Of a DNA stretch of 49,361 nucleotides, positions 45,844 to 49,361 are shown in pieces. Position numbers and translations under genes: made by a program. The notes below the pieces were generated by a model, which worked only from the letters and a program-made list of their open reading frames with translations, made no database searches and was not told the DNA's origin. Position 1 is the first letter of the stretch, and the number at the start of each line of letters is the position of its first letter. Source of the stretch: Octopus bimaculoides (taxonomy: Eukaryota); NCBI RefSeq assembly GCF_001194135.2, contig NC_068990.1, positions 66,949,355-66,998,715 of the forward strand, in the 5' to 3' direction.

Positions 45844-46384
45844 ATATATGAAACAATTGAAGTGTATGAAAGGGTACATCAGATTTCTCTACTCCTGTAA
45901 ATCACTTCAGTTTTAGAAAAGTCCACCATATAATAAGGATATGCAACTATTTGCGGCAGACCTGATCAGTCTATTAAAAATAAAGGAATTGTAATCAAAC
46001 TTATAGCTTCTAATGTGAGATAAAAGAACACCTCACTTACAAAAATTTTCAGTAATTTTTTCATAGAGGATGACAAAACAAATAACATGTATGAACTAGA
46101 GAAGACAATATTATGACTCACTTCTGCTTAGTAATATTATGAGCATGTATAAAAAAATGTAAAAAAAGAACAACCAATCACAGTACTTTCAATATGATTA
46201 ATGATGACACTAAATGCTTTGTAACAGAACCAGAGAGCAGACAATAAAATGTCTGACTGAACTCACACAAACCTTATCTTCCACTGAAAGACCACAAAAT
46301 CAATTTCACCAGTAACCCAAAGTGGAAATTCATTAATCATATGAAGAGTTAGTTGGCAAAGATCAGTAAGAGTATACCTGACAG

Positions 46385-47740
46385 TATTGATGTTAAAACT
46401 GGATTGTCCACTAACCTTAAACAACCACCTTCTCAAATACTTTAATGATATGAGAGGTGAGTGAAATCGGATGGTAGTTCACTGCAAGAGATTTGTTTCC
46501 ATTTTTGAAAACTGGAACGACAGACTGGGAAAGAAAAGGATCAGGAATGTAGTGAGTTTCTCCAGAGCCCACCTAGAGGGGATGCAATTTCATGTCGACA
46601 CATCTTCAGGAGAGTGGCTGGGAACTTATCGGGACATAACGCTGAGTTGTACTTGATCTTATCTATTTCTGTTAGGATATCAAGAGCACCAAGAGTTATG
46701 TCAGATATGGTCAGTTGAGGGTTTATATCACTGATACTAGCCAGATCAACCGCATTACTGCTACTGAAAACAGAGCAGTATTGTCTCTGAAGTAGCTCGC
46801 ACGTGGATTTTGCATCATCATGTAGAGTGTTGTTCTCATCAACCAGTGGACTAACAGTGGAAACAGGGTCTTTGTTTTTTTTGCAAATGAAAAGAACACT
46901 TTAGGATTGAGTTTTATTTTTTCAATGGCCAAACTCTCCTCAACTACTCTTTGTCTGTTAATGATGGTCATCATGCTTTTTTGGAGGTTGTGTTTTTTCA
47001 ATTCGAGTGATGCAAGGGCAGTCGAATGGGTGTGTGGCTGCTAGCAGTATTCAAGTTGATTAATTTTCTTAATTCTTTTTTATTATTCTGATAATTGCTC
47101 TTCTATTGCTAGGGATTCTGCACTTAGGTTTGTATACTGATCTTAATGGAGTATGTTTTGCACATATATTTGTTGCAGAATCTACAAATGTCTGCCACGA
47201 TGTGTTAATGTTGGTGGGGGAATGTGTGTGCATGAAGACCCAATCAACTTGTGAAAGATCATGTTTGATCACATCCTGGTCTGTGTTATGAAGATCTTTA
47301 GTGTCAAGTGGATGAACTGGAGAGATGTTACTGGATTTGATCTTTAGGTGGTCGAATCTCAGATCACAGAGAACTATGTCATGGTCTGAGAGTAGTGGTG
47401 TTTTTTCCACTGCAATATTGAGGATAGTATCAGTGTGGTTACTGAACACTAGGTCCAAGGTGTTTTTGTGACACTTTGTTTGTTTGAGAACAAGTTGAGC
47501 CAGGAAAAACTCATCCATGAAATCAAAAAGTACTTTAATTGCTTCATTATCAGAGGCTGAGGTGGAAAAAAAACCTCGTTTCAAGTTGTTTGTGGACCAA
47601 TTAACACTGGAAAGGTTGAAGCCCCCCATCTTTGATATGTTGTCAGCATGACACTGATGGATGAAATACTTAATACTGTTGAGGCATTCTTTGAAGCATA
47701 GTAAAGGAGTTGGGGTGGCCTATAGTGTCCAACTACTATT
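46385..47740 (-). mobile_element. CR1/L2-group LINE fragment (AP endonuclease to start of RT), degraded
   Basis: ORF 47069-47629: GGFNLSSVNW...NTLDLVFSN...LLSDHDIV; ORF 46723-47001: IKLNPKVFFSFAKK; then VPVFKNGNKSLAVNYHPISLTSHIIKVFEK. Confidence 0.9.
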
Positions 47741-47817
47741 AAATTGTTGGTTTTACTAATATATATAATATATAATATATATATATAATATATAATATAC
47801 ATATGATATTATATATA

Positions 47818-49053
47818 AGGTCATCCCATAAGTTCTGTCCGATTTTACCATTTTTTTAAATTGACTGTATTTTAGAATGTCTAATGGAATTAAAAATTAT
47901 TTTTATGCATTTGTGTACCTTTAAACTAATTAAATATTATTTTACAGATTAATAGAATTAAATTTCTTTGATTAAAACCCATTCTTACATGGAAGTATTC
48001 AAAGAGTATTTAAGGCACGTAATGCTTTATGAGTATAAAGAAAGGAAACTCTGCAGCTGAAGCAACTCGAAACATACACTCAGTTTATGGGAAAGAATGC
48101 TTGAATGAAAGAACTTGCAGAAGATGGTTTGCAAAATTCAGAAGTGGAGATTTCAGTCTTGAAGATGAAGGACGACGAGTTGAGTTTGATGATAAGCTCC
48201 TTGAGGCATGACTTGAAGAAAATCCTGTATTAGCAGTTGAAGAATTGACAATAAAGCTTAGTTCAAACCATACAGCTGTTCATCGTCATCTTCAACAAAT
48301 TGAAAAGGTTCCTAAACTTGGAAAATGGGTGCCCCATGAATTGTCCGAAAGCATCCGCAAATCCCGAGTTGACATCTGCTCTTCTCTCCATTCTTGTGAA
48401 CTCATTTCACCCTTTTTGGATAGACTTGTAACCAGTGATGAAAAATATATCTTCCATCAAAATGTTAACCATCGTAAACTGTGGCTTGGTAAAAGGGAAA
48501 AAGCTCAGCCACAACCGAGAAGGGAACTTCATGAGAAAAAGGTTCTTCCTTCTATCTGGTGAGATTGCAAAGGAGTAATTCACTTTGAATTGTTACCTCC
48601 TAATGCAACAATCAATGCTCAAGTCTACTGTCAGCAATTAGAGCATTTGAACCAAGCTTTGAAGAAAGAAAGACTAGCTTTAGTGAATCGAAAAGGAGTG
48701 ATGTTTCATCAGGACAATGCATAACCCCACACTGCAAAGATCACATCATAGAAGATCGAAGAGCTTGGTTGGGAAAAAATTCCTCATCCACCTTAATCTC
48801 CCAACCTTGCTCCTTCAGACTACCATTTGTGAGGACATAACTTTCACAATCCAGGAGGAGGTCGAAACTGACATTTCAGAGTTCTCGCTTTGAAACCAAA
48901 AGAGTTTTACATTGATGGGATTTAAAAGCTTGTAAATAGATGGAAGGAAGTCATAGATAATCAGGGAAAGTACATTGATGATTAAATTTCAATTAAATAT
49001 AACATTTGATCACTTGTTTTCTGTATTCAAAATTTGGACAGAACTTATGGGAT
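47818..49053 (+). mobile_element. Mariner (DD34D) transposon, near full length
   Basis: TA|aggtcatcccataagttctgtccgatttt left TIR; aaaatttggacagaacttatgggat right TIR (outer end lost into (TA)n). Confidence 0.93.
47989..48985 (+). pseudogene. Mariner transposase pseudogene
   Basis: MEVFKEYLRHVMLYE / KKGNSAAEATRNI..RRWFAKFRSGDFSLEDE; KWVPHEL; LVTSDEKYI; FHQDNA*PH; P*SPNLAPSDYHL; several stops, frameshifts and a deletion. Confidence 0.93.
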
Positions 49054-49159
49054 ATATATTATATTATATTATATACATAATACGATATATGTATAATATC
49101 ATATATATTTAATATTATATATATATATATATAATATTATATATATATAATATGATATT

Positions 49160-49361
49160 ATGGTTGTGTGGTAAGTAGCTTGCTTACCAACCACATGGTT
49201 CTGAGTTCATTCCCACTGCGTGGCACCTTGGGCAAGTGTCTTCTACTATAGCCTCAGGCCGACCAAAGCCTTGTGAGTGAATTTGGTAGATGGAAACTGA
49301 AAGAAGCCTGTCGTATATATATATGTATATATGTATGTGTGTGTGTGTGTATATGTTTGTG
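49160..49361 (+). mobile_element. Young type-A SINE, 5' half (runs off the window)
   Basis: tggttgtgtggtaagtagcttgcttaccaaccacatgg...ggcaccttgggcaagtgtcttctactatagcc. Confidence 0.92.

Noticed and set aside
46250-46280. Minus-strand micro-exon candidate (ttgattttgtggtctttcag|tggaagataaggtttgt|gtgagt, within ~46262-46300)
   Set aside because: Only 11-17 nt, ambiguous donor and no phase match to the other candidates.
47760-49160. Apparent inverted similarity of AT-rich flanks beyond the mariner TIRs
   Set aside because: Near two-letter (A/T) sequence; the similarity is not distinguishable from chance.

Overview
AT-rich eukaryotic scaffold segment, most likely from an octopus (coleoid cephalopod) draft assembly. 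This is inferred from the SINE/RTE repeat families, the very dense (TA)n/(TG)n microsatellites and the short N gaps. I found no intact protein-coding gene I can name. Almost all ORF-track entries are microsatellite or N-run translations, or pieces of dead transposons. The window is a nested transposon graveyard: RTE LINEs (two carry a C4HC3 PHD finger inside the reverse transcriptase), Penelope-like elements (RT + GIY-YIG), an R4/Dong-type restriction-like-endonuclease LINE, a CR1-group LINE, a DD37D/maT-type and a DD34D mariner transposon with TIRs, a TTAA piggyBac-type MITE, hAT ends, a probable Helentron-type non-autonomous element and at least four tRNA-derived SINE types. The least ordinary stretch is 9.2-15.8 kb. 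It holds a ~270-bp-arm foldback whose arms each end in a hammerhead-ribozyme-like motif with a non-canonical core, a second hammerhead-like motif with a CUGUUGA core, and a compact YY1 + ETS + NRF1 + ETS motif cluster that looks like a possibly bidirectional promoter. A few short minus-strand segments with good splice signals could be exons of a large-intron host gene, but they are unproven. I see no solid evidence for a wholly new multi-gene system. The ribozyme-capped foldback and the promoter cluster are the best leads. All alignments and identities were judged by eye.
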